Shown here: positions 1 to 10,925 of the stretch, in pieces
Numbering within the stretch: position 1 is the stretch's first letter
Layout of the letters: each line of letters begins with the position of its first letter
Origin: an uncultured Armatimonadetes bacterium
GTDB lineage: Bacteria > Armatimonadota > Hebobacteria > Hebobacterales > Hebobacteraceae
Direction of reading: 5' to 3'
Length of the DNA: 64,000 nt
NCBI GenBank assembly: GCA_963716175.1
Contig: OY970296.1
Span: 2,208,001-2,272,000 of the forward strand
The notes under the pieces: generated by a model
What the model was told of the DNA's origin: nothing
What the model saw: only the letters and a program-made list of their open reading frames with translations
Databases searched by the model: none
Translations under genes and position numbers: made by a program

Positions 1-300
1 CCCCGTGGTCCCCGAGGAGGCGTGGATGCGCACTACCTCCTCCATGGGCACCGCGAACAGGCCGAAGGGATAAGTCTCTCGCAGATCGTCTTTGCTGGAG
101 AAAGGCAGCCGCCGGATGTCTTCCAGGCTGGCAATGTCCTCGGGCTTCACCCCGGCCGCGTCGAGCTTGGCGCGGTAGTGAGGCACCCGATGGTAGGCGC
201 GCTCGACGGTCTCCCGGAGCCGCTCCGACTGAAGCGCGCGGAGCGCAGCCGGCTCCAGGAGTTCGACTTCGCGGTTCCAGCAAGGCGCAGACTGACGCAC
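1..300 (-). CDS. paaK: Phenylacetate-CoA ligase, 5' part (runs off the window)
   Basis: My translation from GTG at 300 (GGAGGG RBS): ...[17 protein letters not shown]...[36 protein letters not shown]. Divergent from iorAB. Confidence 0.9.
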   Translation of the reverse strand, partial: MRQSAPCWNREVELLEPAALRALQSERLRETVERAYHRVPHYRAKLDAAGVKPEDIASLEDIRRLPFSSKDDLRETYPFGLFAVPMEEVVRIHASSGTTG

Positions 301-500
301 GGTGCCCTCCCATGGGCCGCACCCACGGCCTCGCCCGAAGGCCGTCCGTTCAAGTGCTACTGCTTCGACGGTCCGATGACGACACCTCTTGGCCCCGATA
401 GGGGGAGACCGGCGTGCGCCTTGCCGACGGCCTGGGCCTGTGCTATGCTGAGGCAGATGCCCTGAAGAGAGGGCAAGCGCCCTCTCTCTGTGGAGCCCAC

Positions 501-2276
501 ATGATTGAAGCCGCGCCTACAACCCTGCGCGCCCTCCTCTCCGGGGATGAGGCGATTGCCCGGGGAGCCTTCGAGGCGGGCGTGCTGGTGGCCACCTCTT
601 ACCCGGGAACGCCCGCGACCGAGATCCTCGAGGCGCTGGCCCAGTGCCCCGAGATCAAAGCCGAATGGTCGCCCAACGAGAAGGTGGCGTTCGAGGTGGC
701 GCTGGGGGCCTCCCTCGCCGGGGCGCGGGCGCTGGTCTCGATGAAGCACGTGGGACTGAATGTCGCCTCCGATCCCTTGGTCACCGCCTCCTATGTCGGG
801 GTTCGCGGCGGGCTGGTGGTGGTCTCGGCCGACGATCCGGGTATGTTCAGCTCCCAGAACGAGCAGGACAACCGCCACTATGCTCGCCTGGCGAAGGTCC
901 CCATGCTGGAACCCTCTGACTCCCAGGAGGCAAAGGACTTCACGCTCGCGGCCTTCGAGCTAAGCGAGCGCTTCGACACCCCTGTGCTGCTGCGCATCAC
1001 CACCCGCATCGCTCACTCGAACTCCCTTGTCGCGCTGGGCGACCGAGTGGAGCGGCCCGCCACGGGCTTTCTCCGGGAGCCCGAGAAGACGGTGATGGTT
1101 CCCGGCAACGCGCGCCGGCGACACGAACTGGTGGAGGCGCGCATGGCTCGGCTTGCGAAGTGGGCCGAGACCTGCGCCCTCAACAGGATCGAGAAGGGCA
1201 CCGGCAGGACGGGCGTGATCTGCTCCGGCGTCGCGTACCAGTACGTGAAAGAAGTCAGACCTCGCGCCTCGATCCTCAAGCTCGGCCTCACCCACCCGCT
1301 GCCGGCCGCGCTACTCCGTGAGTTCGCTCAGAGCGTGGATCGGCTCTATGTGGTGGAGGAGCTGGACCCGTATCTGGAGGAGCAGGTCCGCGCCCTCGGC
1401 ATCCAGCTCGCCCATCCGCCCGGCCCGCCTCGCGAAGGAGAGCTGGCGCCCTCCTCCGTGGCCCGCTTCCTGGGCGCCCGCAAAGCAGCCTCGCGCGCCT
1501 CGCTGCCTGGCCTGCCTCCGCGCCCGCCTGTGCTCTGCCCTGGCTGCGGGCACCGGGCCCTGCTCACCGTGCTCAAACGGCTCAAGGTGTTCGTCTCCGG
1601 AGACATCGGATGCTACACCCTAGGCGTGCAGCCTCCGCTTCAGACCATGGACACCTGTGTCTGCATGGGCGCTTCTCTGGGCGTGGCGCTGGGGGTCGAG
1701 AAGGCGACCGGCCGCTCGGATAACATGGTCGCCGTGATCGGTGACTCCACCTTTATCCATTCCGGCATCGCGCCCCTGATAGACATCGTCTACAACCGCG
1801 GTGCCACTACTGTGATCATACTCGATAACGAGACTGTCGCCATGACCGGCCACCAGGATCACCCCGGGACCGGTAAGACCGCGACTGGTGAGCCGACGCA
1901 CCGCCTGAGCCTGGAGGAGCTGGCGCGCGCCGTCGGCGTGAGACACGTCTCGGTGGTTGATCCCTACGATATGAAGCAGACCGGGGAAGTGATCAGCGCG
2001 GCGCTGCAGCGCGGCGAGCCCTCCGTGGTCATCGCCCGCCGGCGGTGCGTGCTGCTGGACCGCGAGAGCCGACGCCCGCCCCGGCGCATTGATGTCGAGC
2101 GCTGCGTGGGCTGCGGGCAGTGCCTCACCCACGGCTGTCCGGCGATCTCCGACAGCACCCCGGCCGGCGGCCGGAAGAAGCGGGTGGAGATCATCGCTCA
2201 GCTCTGCGTCGGGTGCAATGTCTGCGGCCAGCTCTGCTCGGCCGGCGCCATCGTTGGGGAACCGCCCCGTGCCTGA
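501..2276 (+). CDS. iorA: Indolepyruvate ferredoxin oxidoreductase alpha subunit
   Basis: [52 protein letters not shown] and a C-terminal 2x[4Fe-4S]. ATG at 501 is the likely start. Confidence 0.95.
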   Translation: MIEAAPTTLRALLSGDEAIARGAFEAGVLVATSYPGTPATEILEALAQCPEIKAEWSPNEKVAFEVALGASLAGARALVSMKHVGLNVASDPLVTASYVGVRGGLVVVSADDPGMFSSQNEQDNRHYARLAKVPMLEPSDSQEAKDFTLAAFELSERFDTPVLLRITTRIAHSNSLVALGDRVERPATGFLREPEKTVMVPGNARRRHELVEARMARLAKWAETCALNRIEKGTGRTGVICSGVAYQYVKEVRPRASILKLGLTHPLPAALLREFAQSVDRLYVVEELDPYLEEQVRALGIQLAHPPGPPREGELAPSSVARFLGARKAASRASLPGLPPRPPVLCPGCGHRALLTVLKRLKVFVSGDIGCYTLGVQPPLQTMDTCVCMGASLGVALGVEKATGRSDNMVAVIGDSTFIHSGIAPLIDIVYNRGATTVIILDNETVAMTGHQDHPGTGKTATGEPTHRLSLEELARAVGVRHVSVVDPYDMKQTGEVISAALQRGEPSVVIARRRCVLLDRESRRPPRRIDVERCVGCGQCLTHGCPAISDSTPAGGRKKRVEIIAQLCVGCNVCGQLCSAGAIVGEPPRA

Positions 2277-2850
2277 TGTGACCAATGTCGCCATCGCCGG
2301 GGTGGGAGGCCAGGGCATCATCCTGGCCAGTGACATCATCGCCCAGGCCGCCCTGTGCGCGGGACATGACGTGAAGAAGAATGAAGTCCACGGGATGGCC
2401 CAGCGCGGCGGCGCCGTGGTCAGCGAAGTCCGCTTCGGCCGGCGCGTCTACTCGCCGCTCATCCCTGACGGTGCGGTTGATCTGCTCCTCGCGCTGGAAC
2501 TGCTGGAGGGCTTGCGCCATCTGCATCGGCTGCGACCCCAGGGCCTGGTGATCGCGGACGAGCTTCGCATCCGGCCCGCGGTGCGCCCTCCGGGCGCACC
2601 CGACTACCCCCAGGATGTGGCCAATCGGCTGCGGGCTGCGGGCCATCGCGCGGTGCTGATACCTGCGGGCGACCTGGCGCGTCAGGCCGGCAACGTTCGC
2701 GCCGCCAACACTGTGCTCATCGGCGCCCTCTCCCAGCACCTGGGTCTTCCGGCCGAGGCCTGGCAGACTGCCCTGCGCGCGTGCCTGCGGCCGGCGCTGG
2801 TGGAGGCGAACCTGCGCGCCTTCGAGCTGGGCCGACAGACCCAACGGTAG
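2269..2850 (+). CDS. iorB: Indolepyruvate ferredoxin oxidoreductase beta subunit
   Basis: GVGGQG, EVHGMAQRGG, NLRAFELG. GTG start overlaps the iorA stop. Confidence 0.93.
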   Translation: MPDVTNVAIAGVGGQGIILASDIIAQAALCAGHDVKKNEVHGMAQRGGAVVSEVRFGRRVYSPLIPDGAVDLLLALELLEGLRHLHRLRPQGLVIADELRIRPAVRPPGAPDYPQDVANRLRAAGHRAVLIPAGDLARQAGNVRAANTVLIGALSQHLGLPAEAWQTALRACLRPALVEANLRAFELGRQTQR

Positions 2851-2979
2851 GGCGGCCATGCGGGCAGCGGCTGCGAAGCAGCGCTGCCGGTTCGTATGCC
2901 CGCCGGTTGGTTCGCTTCCGGAACCTGCCCTTCAGCAGGAACCCCAGCAGCCGCGCCGTAGTAGCAGGACGCACCGCCA

Positions 2980-3858
2980 GTGAGACTATCCGTGAACGCC
3001 CCAGACATGCTGCAGGTGTCCGTTTCCCAGCTCCAGTGGGCCCAACCCCTGGAGCGGCTGCTTCGCCGTACGCTCGAGCACCTCGCCATCGCCGCCGACG
3101 AGGGCAGTGACATCATCCTCTTCCCGGAGGCGAGCCTCACGGGTTACGATTTCCCCTATCTGCTCGGGCTGGACCCGGTCCAGGTGGAGCAGGCGCTGGC
3201 CCAAGTTCAGGAAGCAGCGCGCGCCCGCCGCATCTACGTGATCTGCGGGACGATTCAGCGGCGGCCCGGGGGTGAGAGGCCGATCAACCTCGCCCATGTG
3301 ATAGACCCCGATGGGAATATCATCCACGAATACGCCAAGATCCAGATGGCAGGAGCAGATGAGCGAAAGTATTGTCGGCCGGGCAACAAGCTGTCACTGT
3401 TCGAAGTGAAGGGCATTCTTGCCACCATGGTGATCTGCCGGGACGGCCGCCATCCGGAGCTGTACCGGTTGCCGGCGATGGCCGGAGCGCGCATCCTCTT
3501 CCACCCCGCGTGTTCCACGGAGTCCATCGAGGCCATCTACTGGAAGCGCGCCGCCGGCCGCGCCACTCAGCCTGCGGGCCCGAATTCGTCCATCTATCAC
3601 TGCTGCGCCAACACAGTGGGGCAAGACTACCGCGGCCGGCAGAGCTCGAGCGGCGGCTCCTTCATCAAGCATCCGACCGGCCTCTCGCTGGCGGAGGCGG
3701 ATGGTTACAGCGAGATGGTGATCACTGCGCGACTCGACCTGGCGGCGGCCGACGGCCGCTACGCCCTGGCCAGCGCCGAGCACCCGGAGTTCCTTCGCCC
3801 CTACTATCGGCAGATTATCCAGGAAATCCAGGCGCGCAAGGACGAGCGGCCCGAGTAG
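2980..3858 (+). CDS. Carbon-nitrogen hydrolase family protein
   Basis: Catalytic E-K-C pattern: FPE, YAK, ICRDG. Confidence 0.85.
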   Translation: MRLSVNAPDMLQVSVSQLQWAQPLERLLRRTLEHLAIAADEGSDIILFPEASLTGYDFPYLLGLDPVQVEQALAQVQEAARARRIYVICGTIQRRPGGERPINLAHVIDPDGNIIHEYAKIQMAGADERKYCRPGNKLSLFEVKGILATMVICRDGRHPELYRLPAMAGARILFHPACSTESIEAIYWKRAAGRATQPAGPNSSIYHCCANTVGQDYRGRQSSSGGSFIKHPTGLSLAEADGYSEMVITARLDLAAADGRYALASAEHPEFLRPYYRQIIQEIQARKDERPE

Positions 3859-3929
3859 TAGGGCAGGTCCGCCCTGGCCGCCGGCCGTGTGGCGGCGACC
3901 TGCCCAGTCTGGCGGGGAGGTGACCACTG

Positions 3930-4784
3930 TTGGGGGCGATCTGGGCGTCAATCCAGAGACAGGTTCCGCTCGAAGAGGTGCTGAGGCGGGGACTAGGCAT
4001 CATCTTCGTCATCGCCATCGCCTGGCTGGCCTATTGGCTGCTGCGCCGGGCGCTGATGGGCGCGATGCGGGCCACCGCCGGCCGGGTGGAAGATAGCGCC
4101 CATCGCCAGCGCATCACCACTCTGGTGCTCCTCGTGGGGAGCATCGCCAAGTACGTGGTGATCTTCGTAGCCGCGGTGGTCATCCTGCAGCGGCTCGGCA
4201 TTGACCCCACACCCGTGCTCGCCGGTGCGGGCGTGGTCGGCCTCGCGGTTGGCTTCGGAGCCCAGAACCTGGTGCGCGACGTGGTCTCCGGCTTCTTCAT
4301 CATCATGGAGGGCCAGTATGCGGTGGGCGATCTGGTCGAGATCAACGGGGTCTTCGGCCGGGTAGAGGAGGTGGGGCTGCGCGTCACCAGACTGCGCGAC
4401 CCCAGCGGCCAGCTCCGCTACTTCCCCAATGGCGGCATCACCACCGCCAACAACTACGTAGAGCGCTACATCGCCTATCTGCTCAGCGTGCCCTTCGCCT
4501 CCCCGGAACCGGCCGGCGCCGCGGCCCTAGTGCGAGTTGCGCTGGAGGATTTCGACCGAGAGTTCCAGGTCTTCGCCCAGCCGCCTGTGCTCGGCGCGAT
4601 GGAGGATCTGCCCACCTATGCTCGCGTGCTTCGCGCGGAGATTCGCACCCTCCCAGGCCGCCAACTCATCGTCGAGCAGAAGCTCGCGGCCCGCCTCACC
4701 GCCGGGCTGGAACGCGCCGGTCATGCCCTGCCGGCGGGGGCCGATATCGGGCTCGCGCTCCGCCCCCTGCCGCCTGCGTCCTAG
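3930..4784 (+). CDS. Small-conductance mechanosensitive channel (MscS family)
   Basis: GAGVVGLAVGFGAQNLVRDVVSGFFI...GDLVEING...GLRVTRLRD...PNG. Confidence 0.9.
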   Translation: MGAIWASIQRQVPLEEVLRRGLGIIFVIAIAWLAYWLLRRALMGAMRATAGRVEDSAHRQRITTLVLLVGSIAKYVVIFVAAVVILQRLGIDPTPVLAGAGVVGLAVGFGAQNLVRDVVSGFFIIMEGQYAVGDLVEINGVFGRVEEVGLRVTRLRDPSGQLRYFPNGGITTANNYVERYIAYLLSVPFASPEPAGAAALVRVALEDFDREFQVFAQPPVLGAMEDLPTYARVLRAEIRTLPGRQLIVEQKLAARLTAGLERAGHALPAGADIGLALRPLPPAS

Positions 4785-4934
4785 CCCGCTGGCCCAGGTT
4801 TCTACCGGCCGCACCAGGCCCCACAGTGGCGTGGGTTTGTCGCGAGCACCGGGAGCGACAACCCGGGTCGCTCCCTGCCCCAGGGCCCCTCCGCCGGTAG
4901 ACGCCGATGTCCTGCCACCATCTTGGCCGCCCGG

Positions 4935-5100
4935 GACAGGCTGGGAGGCTGTGCTACTGGAGTCGGTCTGTAGGGCGGATATCCTGCGGAGCCTCGGCGA
5001 AGCAGGATGCCCGCCGGCCGTTTCATCCGCGTCTATCCATCACCCGTTGGGCAGGAGCTTGCTCCTGCCATTCCCACAGGCTGGGAGCCTGTGCTACCGG
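4935..5100. repeat. Cluster of REP-like short palindromes
   Basis: Two copies of CAGGCTGGGAG(G/C)CTGTGCTAC, plus GTTGGGCAGGAGCTTGCTCCTGCC at 5046-5069. Confidence 0.55.
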
Positions 5101-5436
5101 AGTCCGGCGGGTATGGCCGGCCGCCCGGCTCACATGAGCACTTCGAACGACCATGCACTTGCGGGGCGACAAACGGAATGCCCCTGAACCGCTGCTGTCG
5201 TTCTCCATCTTGGTGCCAAAGGACGACCTTTCGGCGGCCCGTTCGCCCCTCGGCCGGTAAGATGGTGGCCACGGCCCCGGACGCGAATCCGGGGCGACAG
5301 CACCCCGAGTGGGCTGCTTCGCCTCGTGAGAACTCGCCTTGCGGCCGTCTGGGCAGTGCCAGTGGCTTCTCGATACCTTCCCGCTCTTTGGAAGAAGGCT
5401 GGGCGATCACGCCTGGCCGTACTCCTGACGCGTCGC

Positions 5437-7350
5437 CTACAGAAACCATTCTGGCCTGATCCGCCAGTCCTTGTTCGGGAGCAACTCCGGGCTCGCCACG
5501 AGGAACCCGCGTGGGTCGAAGCCACTCACCCCGATCAGGGACGATTGCGGCCACCGTGGTATCGCTGCCCCCGGCCCCAGTTTCAGCGCGAGTCGCATGA
5601 GGAACTCTCTCGCGATCCGGGACATCTCGTGGACGCGACTCCAGATGAGGTCCTCGTGTTCGCGACGCCGCTGAGACAGGCGACCATGGGCGATCGCACT
5701 CCGCATGCTGCTGAGCGAGTAGCCGTTGCGCTTCTCGAAGAGAGCGTGCACATACTCGTGGTTAGGTCCAAAGACGTTCTCGGCCACCCCTCGGAACCGC
5801 TGGGCTAAGCCCACGACGCACTCCGAGTATGCCTCCTCTACGAAACGCGTAGGGCTGATAGCGTAGAGGTCTTCGTACTTGCGTGCGATGCATTCATCGC
5901 GTTGCTGCTCTCTCTGCTTCTTCGGAACGCGGAGAGGTGCCCACGCCATACCGAAGTCAGCCTTGCCTTCATGCAGGGCGTTTGCCACGCTCTCCATTGC
6001 GACGTAGTAGCACAGGAATTCGGTGAAGACGTTTCGCGCCGACGTGCCGCGATTGTACCAGTCAATGGCGGCGTGAAGGACGAACGCGTCGTCTGTCCGA
6101 CTCAAGTTCCCCAGCATCGAGTGCAGAGCCGAGAGCCCGTCCGCGGACGGACGTGCACAGCCCTTAGAGCGATCTCGCATCTGGTATTTGAGCTGCCAGG
6201 ACGCGCTTACCCTAAAGGCAAGTGCCATCATGTTCACGTGCAAGCCGATCTCAGAGATTGCGAGCCGAATCGCGTCCGGCTCGATTGAGTCGAGGTCCCA
6301 CCAGCCATCGTAGACATGCTGGTAGCGACTGCGCTCGGCGAGGCCTTCGAGCGGCGGGCACCTGTACAGATGTAGCCTCTCCCCGAATGTTACCTGTTCC
6401 GACGGCAGTTCTAGAGGCGCGAGTACAGCGAACTCAACGACCCAGTGTCCGGTACACATGATGTAGAAGAGTGCTCCCTGGACATCTGGGTCCGGTGACG
6501 CGGCCTCGGCCCTAGCTTTGATCGGTTCACAGTCTCCTGGGTAGGAAATCGGCTTCCACTCGCCCAGTTCATTGTAGCGCCCAGGTAGTCCGATCTCATA
6601 TAGGCGCTTCGTGCCCAGACGCCACTCATCTGGTGGCTTGGTGAACGACGTCATGCCAAAGCGTACCAGCTGCCCCGTACCTGCGACCGCACATCTCGTC
6701 GAGTCAGGGCGGCGGATGAGACCATCGGATTCCCCGTTCGGATAGTGCATCCGGACCCCATAGAGGCCAGTTTCATCGTCAACGAGGAGTTCCAAGACGT
6801 AGAAGCGCGGCAGCTTGTGGAACCTCGACCATTCGCGGTACTTGAGCCGCTCGGTCGAATAAAGCCTCAGCAAAACGGATAGAAACGAAGCGCACGCCTG
6901 CAAGGCCGCCTCAACCTCTGCCTTCGGAGGTGCAGTGCCGCCGGGAGCGGCCGCTACCAGCAACTCTGGATTGTAAGCGCGTCTCAGCAACGCCGAGATG
7001 TCCGGTCTTGCGTCTCGGTCGGCTGTTGACGCCAAGTCCTCAGCCATCTCCGCGGCCGTTGCTTTCGTATGCGGGAACTCGCTCCCACAGAGGTGCAGGA
7101 AGGGGAACATGTGATACGGTTCGCCACGTGCGCACCTGAGTAGATTGGCGACCGATTCGAGCGGTGCACCGCACGTGGCGAGCGTGCGATACTGAGACAG
7201 AAGCGCCTCCTCGCTGGCGGCTAAGTCCAGTGCATCCAGTCGGGACTGGAGTACCAGGAAGGTATCAGGAGTGTTGTAGCTCTCCCCTGAGACACGAATG
7301 AGCGTGTAGATGAACTGAATGAAGGTCGTCGTGAAATGCAGCGGCCTCAA
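5437..7350 (-). CDS. Hypothetical protein with a C-terminal HEPN-type (ApeA/MauJ-like) domain
   Basis: AIDWYNRG...FLCYYVAMES and MRSAIAHG (Rx4H). Visibly less GC-rich than its neighbours. Start uncertain. Confidence 0.65.
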   Translation of the reverse strand: MRPLHFTTTFIQFIYTLIRVSGESYNTPDTFLVLQSRLDALDLAASEEALLSQYRTLATCGAPLESVANLLRCARGEPYHMFPFLHLCGSEFPHTKATAAEMAEDLASTADRDARPDISALLRRAYNPELLVAAAPGGTAPPKAEVEAALQACASFLSVLLRLYSTERLKYREWSRFHKLPRFYVLELLVDDETGLYGVRMHYPNGESDGLIRRPDSTRCAVAGTGQLVRFGMTSFTKPPDEWRLGTKRLYEIGLPGRYNELGEWKPISYPGDCEPIKARAEAASPDPDVQGALFYIMCTGHWVVEFAVLAPLELPSEQVTFGERLHLYRCPPLEGLAERSRYQHVYDGWWDLDSIEPDAIRLAISEIGLHVNMMALAFRVSASWQLKYQMRDRSKGCARPSADGLSALHSMLGNLSRTDDAFVLHAAIDWYNRGTSARNVFTEFLCYYVAMESVANALHEGKADFGMAWAPLRVPKKQREQQRDECIARKYEDLYAISPTRFVEEAYSECVVGLAQRFRGVAENVFGPNHEYVHALFEKRNGYSLSSMRSAIAHGRLSQRRREHEDLIWSRVHEMSRIAREFLMRLALKLGPGAAIPRWPQSSLIGVSGFDPRGFLVASPELLPNKDWRIRPEWFL

Positions 7351-7510
7351 ACAGTGACGCTAGAACAGCGTCGGTAACATCCTCGCCATGGGATGCCGCT
7401 TCGCCCATTCCGTTCTCGCTCCTGTATCCATCGATGCCGAGAGCCGGTGCAGCCAGCCCGACCCTCGCAAGCTAGATCCCGAGGGATCGCGTCCTCAACA
7501 CGAGCTTCAC

Positions 7511-7679
7511 GGATGCTGGTTGGGCAGGAGCTTGCCCCCTGCCCCTAGCACGTTCCGTATCTAGATGCAGAGCAGCGGCCGGCGGCGATGCTTATGCGCC
7601 TGCGGCGCATCGCGCATGGCCGCCCTACATGCGGCAACGACGTGGCAGGAGGCAAGCTCCTTGCCCAACACTGGCATCC
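7511..7679. repeat. Inverted pair of REP-like units (REPIN/BIME-like)
   Basis: GGATGCTGGTTGGGCAGGAGCTTGCC at 7511-7536 is inverted as GGCAAGCTCCTTGCCCAACACTGGCATCC at 7651-7679. Confidence 0.6.
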
Positions 7680-7745
7680 CCTTGGGCCTTCCTGCCTTAT
7701 CCCTTTCATCTGCGTGATCCGCCTGAGGCGGATGATTCCGTCGTT

Positions 7746-8270
7746 CTACCGCCACCGGTCCCAGGAGATGAACTGCTCCAGCGGTATGCGACCTTCGGGG
7801 CCGGTGAACGGATCGCCCTTGGGATAGCCCAGCGGGGTGAGCGCCACCACGTCCACGTCCTGAGGAAGCTTGAAGTACTGCTTCAGCGCGGCGTTCTTGA
7901 AGGACCCGATCCAGCAGGTCCCTAGTCCCTCCGCCCGCGCCGCCAGGGTGAGGTGATCCACTGCGATCGCTGCATCCACGAGCACAGCATAGCGGCCCAT
8001 CCACTCCCCACGATTGTGCTTGATGTCGCGCCCGCAGGCGACGACCACCACCGGCGCGGTGGCGATGAAGGCCTGGTCATGGCACATGGGCACCAGCTCT
8101 TGCTTGATCTTGTCATCCCTGACCAGGATCAGGCGCGTGGGCTGACGATTGCTGCCGGAAGGCGCGATCCGCGCTGCCTCCAGTACGCGGTTCAGCACCT
8201 CCTGGGGGATGGGATCAGGGCGATAGGCCCGCACACTCCGGCGCGTCCGCACCACCTCGTAGAGATCCAT
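7746..8270 (-). CDS. Nitroreductase family protein
   Basis: RRSVRAY, APSGSNRQP, GLGTCWIG, LGYP. Confidence 0.93.
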   Translation of the reverse strand: MDLYEVVRTRRSVRAYRPDPIPQEVLNRVLEAARIAPSGSNRQPTRLILVRDDKIKQELVPMCHDQAFIATAPVVVVACGRDIKHNRGEWMGRYAVLVDAAIAVDHLTLAARAEGLGTCWIGSFKNAALKQYFKLPQDVDVVALTPLGYPKGDPFTGPEGRIPLEQFISWDRWR

Positions 8271-8330
8271 CGCTCTCCTCCTTACAAAGGCGGTCCGCAG
8301 ATTACGCAGATGCCGCAGATGATGCCGATC

Positions 8331-9257
8331 TCAGAACCTGTTCGCGAACACAATCCCAAGTGCCACCAGCCCGGCGCCCGTCAGCAGGCTGAGCGTCAGC
8401 GGCTCGCCAAGCGCGACCGCGCTCAAGCCCACGCCCACAAGCGGCGCGATGAAACCGAAGATCGCCACCCGGCTGGCGGCATGGCGGTTGATGAGCCAGG
8501 TCCAGATGGTGAAGCAGAAGGTGCCAATGATCAGCCCCTGGTAGAGCACCGCCGCGGTCACCTCCGTGTCCGGGCGCGACCTGGCGAGGCCCTCAAGGCC
8601 GAAGCTGTAGGCCAGGAACGCGGCCGCGCACACCACCATTTGCCACAACACCACCCGGTTCGAGTCAACGCGGGCCAGCGCATGCTTGAGAAAGACCACC
8701 TGGCCCGCCAGCAGCACCGCGCTGGAGAGCTGCACCGAATCGCCCAGCAGCTGTGTTCCTTGCCACCTTCCCCAATCACCCGCGAAGATGGCAATGATCC
8801 CCGAAAAGGCAAGCGTCAGCCCCAGCAGCTTCCCCGCGGTGGCGCGCTCTCCAGGTATCAGGAAGTGGGCCAAGGCCACCACGAAGAAGGGATACGTGTG
8901 CAGGAGCACGATGGAGTGCCCGGCCGTCCCCCAGTATACCCCCAGAGTGAAAGTCGCGATCTGCACCGCGAAGAAGAGTGCCGTTCCCGCCAGCCACCAC
9001 CCTTCACTTCGCCGGGGCCAGACTCTCACACCGGTCAGCCAGCACCAAGCCCACACTCCAGCCGCGGCAATGCCAAAGCGCAGCCCGGAAGAGCCGATCG
9101 GGGGCAGTCCTCGCAGCGCGATCTTCAGGGCTGTGGGGTTAGTCCCCCACAAGGCTGTGATCAGTGTCGCCAGCAGGGCCGCGCCTGCACTCAGCCTGCC
9201 TCCGGCTGCCTGCGGCCCAGCCTCTATCGCGCTCTCCTCCGCCAGTACTTCGGTCAT
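8331..9257 (-). CDS. DMT/EamA family transporter
   Basis: About 10 TM segments with LWG, LRF, PFFVVALAHFLIPGE and LGEPL. ATG at 9257 with RBS. Confidence 0.88.
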   Translation of the reverse strand: MTEVLAEESAIEAGPQAAGGRLSAGAALLATLITALWGTNPTALKIALRGLPPIGSSGLRFGIAAAGVWAWCWLTGVRVWPRRSEGWWLAGTALFFAVQIATFTLGVYWGTAGHSIVLLHTYPFFVVALAHFLIPGERATAGKLLGLTLAFSGIIAIFAGDWGRWQGTQLLGDSVQLSSAVLLAGQVVFLKHALARVDSNRVVLWQMVVCAAAFLAYSFGLEGLARSRPDTEVTAAVLYQGLIIGTFCFTIWTWLINRHAASRVAIFGFIAPLVGVGLSAVALGEPLTLSLLTGAGLVALGIVFANRF

Positions 9258-9496
9258 GCTGCTCCCGGCCGCCGGTGGTCTGTCGCTTCCTGACCCGCTT
9301 CTGGCCTTTCCTCTTGGGGACTCCCAGTCCTTTCGCCATCGAGCCGGCAGGATGGAAGTTAAGGCGAGCCCGACGGAGAGCCCTGATAGGCCGGCGCGGC
9401 CAGCAAGCGGAACCGCCACCTCGAGAGCGCAGGTCACAGGGATGGCCCCTGCGGGAGTGGAATCCTACCAGCATTGTCACCATTGGGAGGAGCGCC

Positions 9497-10612
9497 GTGG
9501 AGGGCCCCCGCCGAGTGCGCCGAGAGGAGGTAGCAGAGCTCTCGGCGCTGCTCTGCAGCATTTTCGGCTTCGACAGCTACCACAACATGACTTGGTCCGC
9601 CAGGTCACTCCTTCGCCCAATCCACCGGCGCGGCGCCAGGGTCATTGCCGAGGACGGCAGGCCCGTATCTCACATTCTCACCACCGTGGACGAGATTTCC
9701 CTCTACGGTTGCCGTCTCAAAGTCGCCAGCATCGGCGCGGTTGGCACTCACCCCGCGTACCGTAACCGCGGCTACGCCAGCCTGATTCTCCAGGAAAGCC
9801 TGCAGGCCGCGACGGCCGCTGGGGCGAGAGTTCTCATCGTCTCCGGCGACCGCGGCCTCTATCGCCGCAACCACTGCGCCCGGGTTGGCGACCTGCTAGC
9901 GGCGCGGGTCAGGCGAGATTCGCTTCGCCAGGCCGACGTGAAGCTCACCGCGCGCCGCGTTGCCGCCGACGACTGGCCTGTCCTGTCCCCTCTCTACTCG
10001 GCCGAACCGGTGCGCTTCATGCGCGGCGCCGACTTCTTCTCCCAGTGCTGCTGCTGGTGGGACTGCACCTCCCCGGAGGTCTGGCGCTTGAGCTCCGAGG
10101 GCAAGCCGGTGGCCTATCTCTGCCTGCTGCCTCCCTGGCGCGAGGAACACCGCCGGGTGCGCACGCTGGGCGAGTACGCGGGCTCCCGGGCCGCGATCGT
10201 AGACGCCCTGCCTATCATCTTCGAGAAGACCAACATCGAGGAGATCAACCTCACCTTCTCAGCCCAGGACGAGGAGTTCATCTATCTGCTGGGTCGTCGC
10301 GGCATGCCTCTGAAGGCCACCACCCTACCCGGGACCCATCGCCTGCTCAACCTGCCGGGGTTAATGCGCGACCTCCGACCCTACCTGGCCGCGCGCCTCC
10401 CGCGGCCGACGCTGCGGCAGCTAAGCTTCGACCAGGATGGCGAGGCCTGTCGCTTTTCCTTGGGCCAGCAGCGAACTGAGATGGATCTGTCGGGCGCGGC
10501 CAAGCTGGTTCTTGGGGCGCCTGATGCCCCGCAGGTCAGCGGCGACCTGGGGGCAGCGCTCTCGGCCCTTTTCCCTATCCCCTTCCCGATGGCCGGCTTC
10601 AACTACGTGTGA
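9497..10612 (+). CDS. GNAT acetyltransferase (Eis-like)
   Basis: IGAVGTHPAYRNRGYA acetyl-CoA motif. GGAGGAG RBS before GTG at 9497. Confidence 0.85.
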   Translation: MEGPRRVRREEVAELSALLCSIFGFDSYHNMTWSARSLLRPIHRRGARVIAEDGRPVSHILTTVDEISLYGCRLKVASIGAVGTHPAYRNRGYASLILQESLQAATAAGARVLIVSGDRGLYRRNHCARVGDLLAARVRRDSLRQADVKLTARRVAADDWPVLSPLYSAEPVRFMRGADFFSQCCCWWDCTSPEVWRLSSEGKPVAYLCLLPPWREEHRRVRTLGEYAGSRAAIVDALPIIFEKTNIEEINLTFSAQDEEFIYLLGRRGMPLKATTLPGTHRLLNLPGLMRDLRPYLAARLPRPTLRQLSFDQDGEACRFSLGQQRTEMDLSGAAKLVLGAPDAPQVSGDLGAALSALFPIPFPMAGFNYV

Positions 10613-10758
10613 GACCTGCGGCCCAGTTGGACCGCAGCTCGCACAGGGGACACACTTCCTCTGTCGCCAAGAGAGGACAGCATGGCTATGCCAGCGGGTC
10701 CAGGGCGTGGTGAGTTGACAGGCGATTGCGAGCTCTGGTAGACTCACCCCAGTCGGAC

Positions 10759-10834
10759 TGCGGGGTGGTGCAATTGGCAGCACGCCTGACTCTGGATCAG
10801 GAAGTTCTAGGTTCGAGTCCTAGCCCCGCAGCCA
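10759..10834 (+). tRNA. tRNA-Gln(CTG)
   Basis: Cloverleaf with anticodon arm CCTGA-CTCTGGA-TCAGG, GGTTCGAGTCC T-arm and encoded CCA. Confidence 0.95.
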
Positions 10835-10851
10835 GACAGGTGATGGATTAC

Positions 10852-10925
10852 GGCCCCGTCGTCTAGCGGCCTAGGATGCATGGTTCTCAGCCATGAGATC
10901 GCGGGTTCGAATCCCGCCGGGGCTA
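10852..10925 (+). tRNA. tRNA-Glu(CTC), CCA not encoded
   Basis: Acceptor GGCCCCG/CGGGGCT, anticodon arm CATGG-TTCTCAG-CCATG and GGTTCGAATCC T-arm. Confidence 0.93.

Noticed and set aside
7705-8320. ATCTGCGTGATCCGC / CCGCAGATTACGCAGAT inverted pair around the nitroreductase as transposon ends
   Set aside because: Short, imperfect and REP-like, with no transposase or target duplication.
7953-9293. Long antisense or alternate-frame ORFs (also 11651-12673, 23317-24273, 44997-46034, 62013-63086)
   Set aside because: Shadows of real genes in high-GC DNA, with no recognisable motifs.
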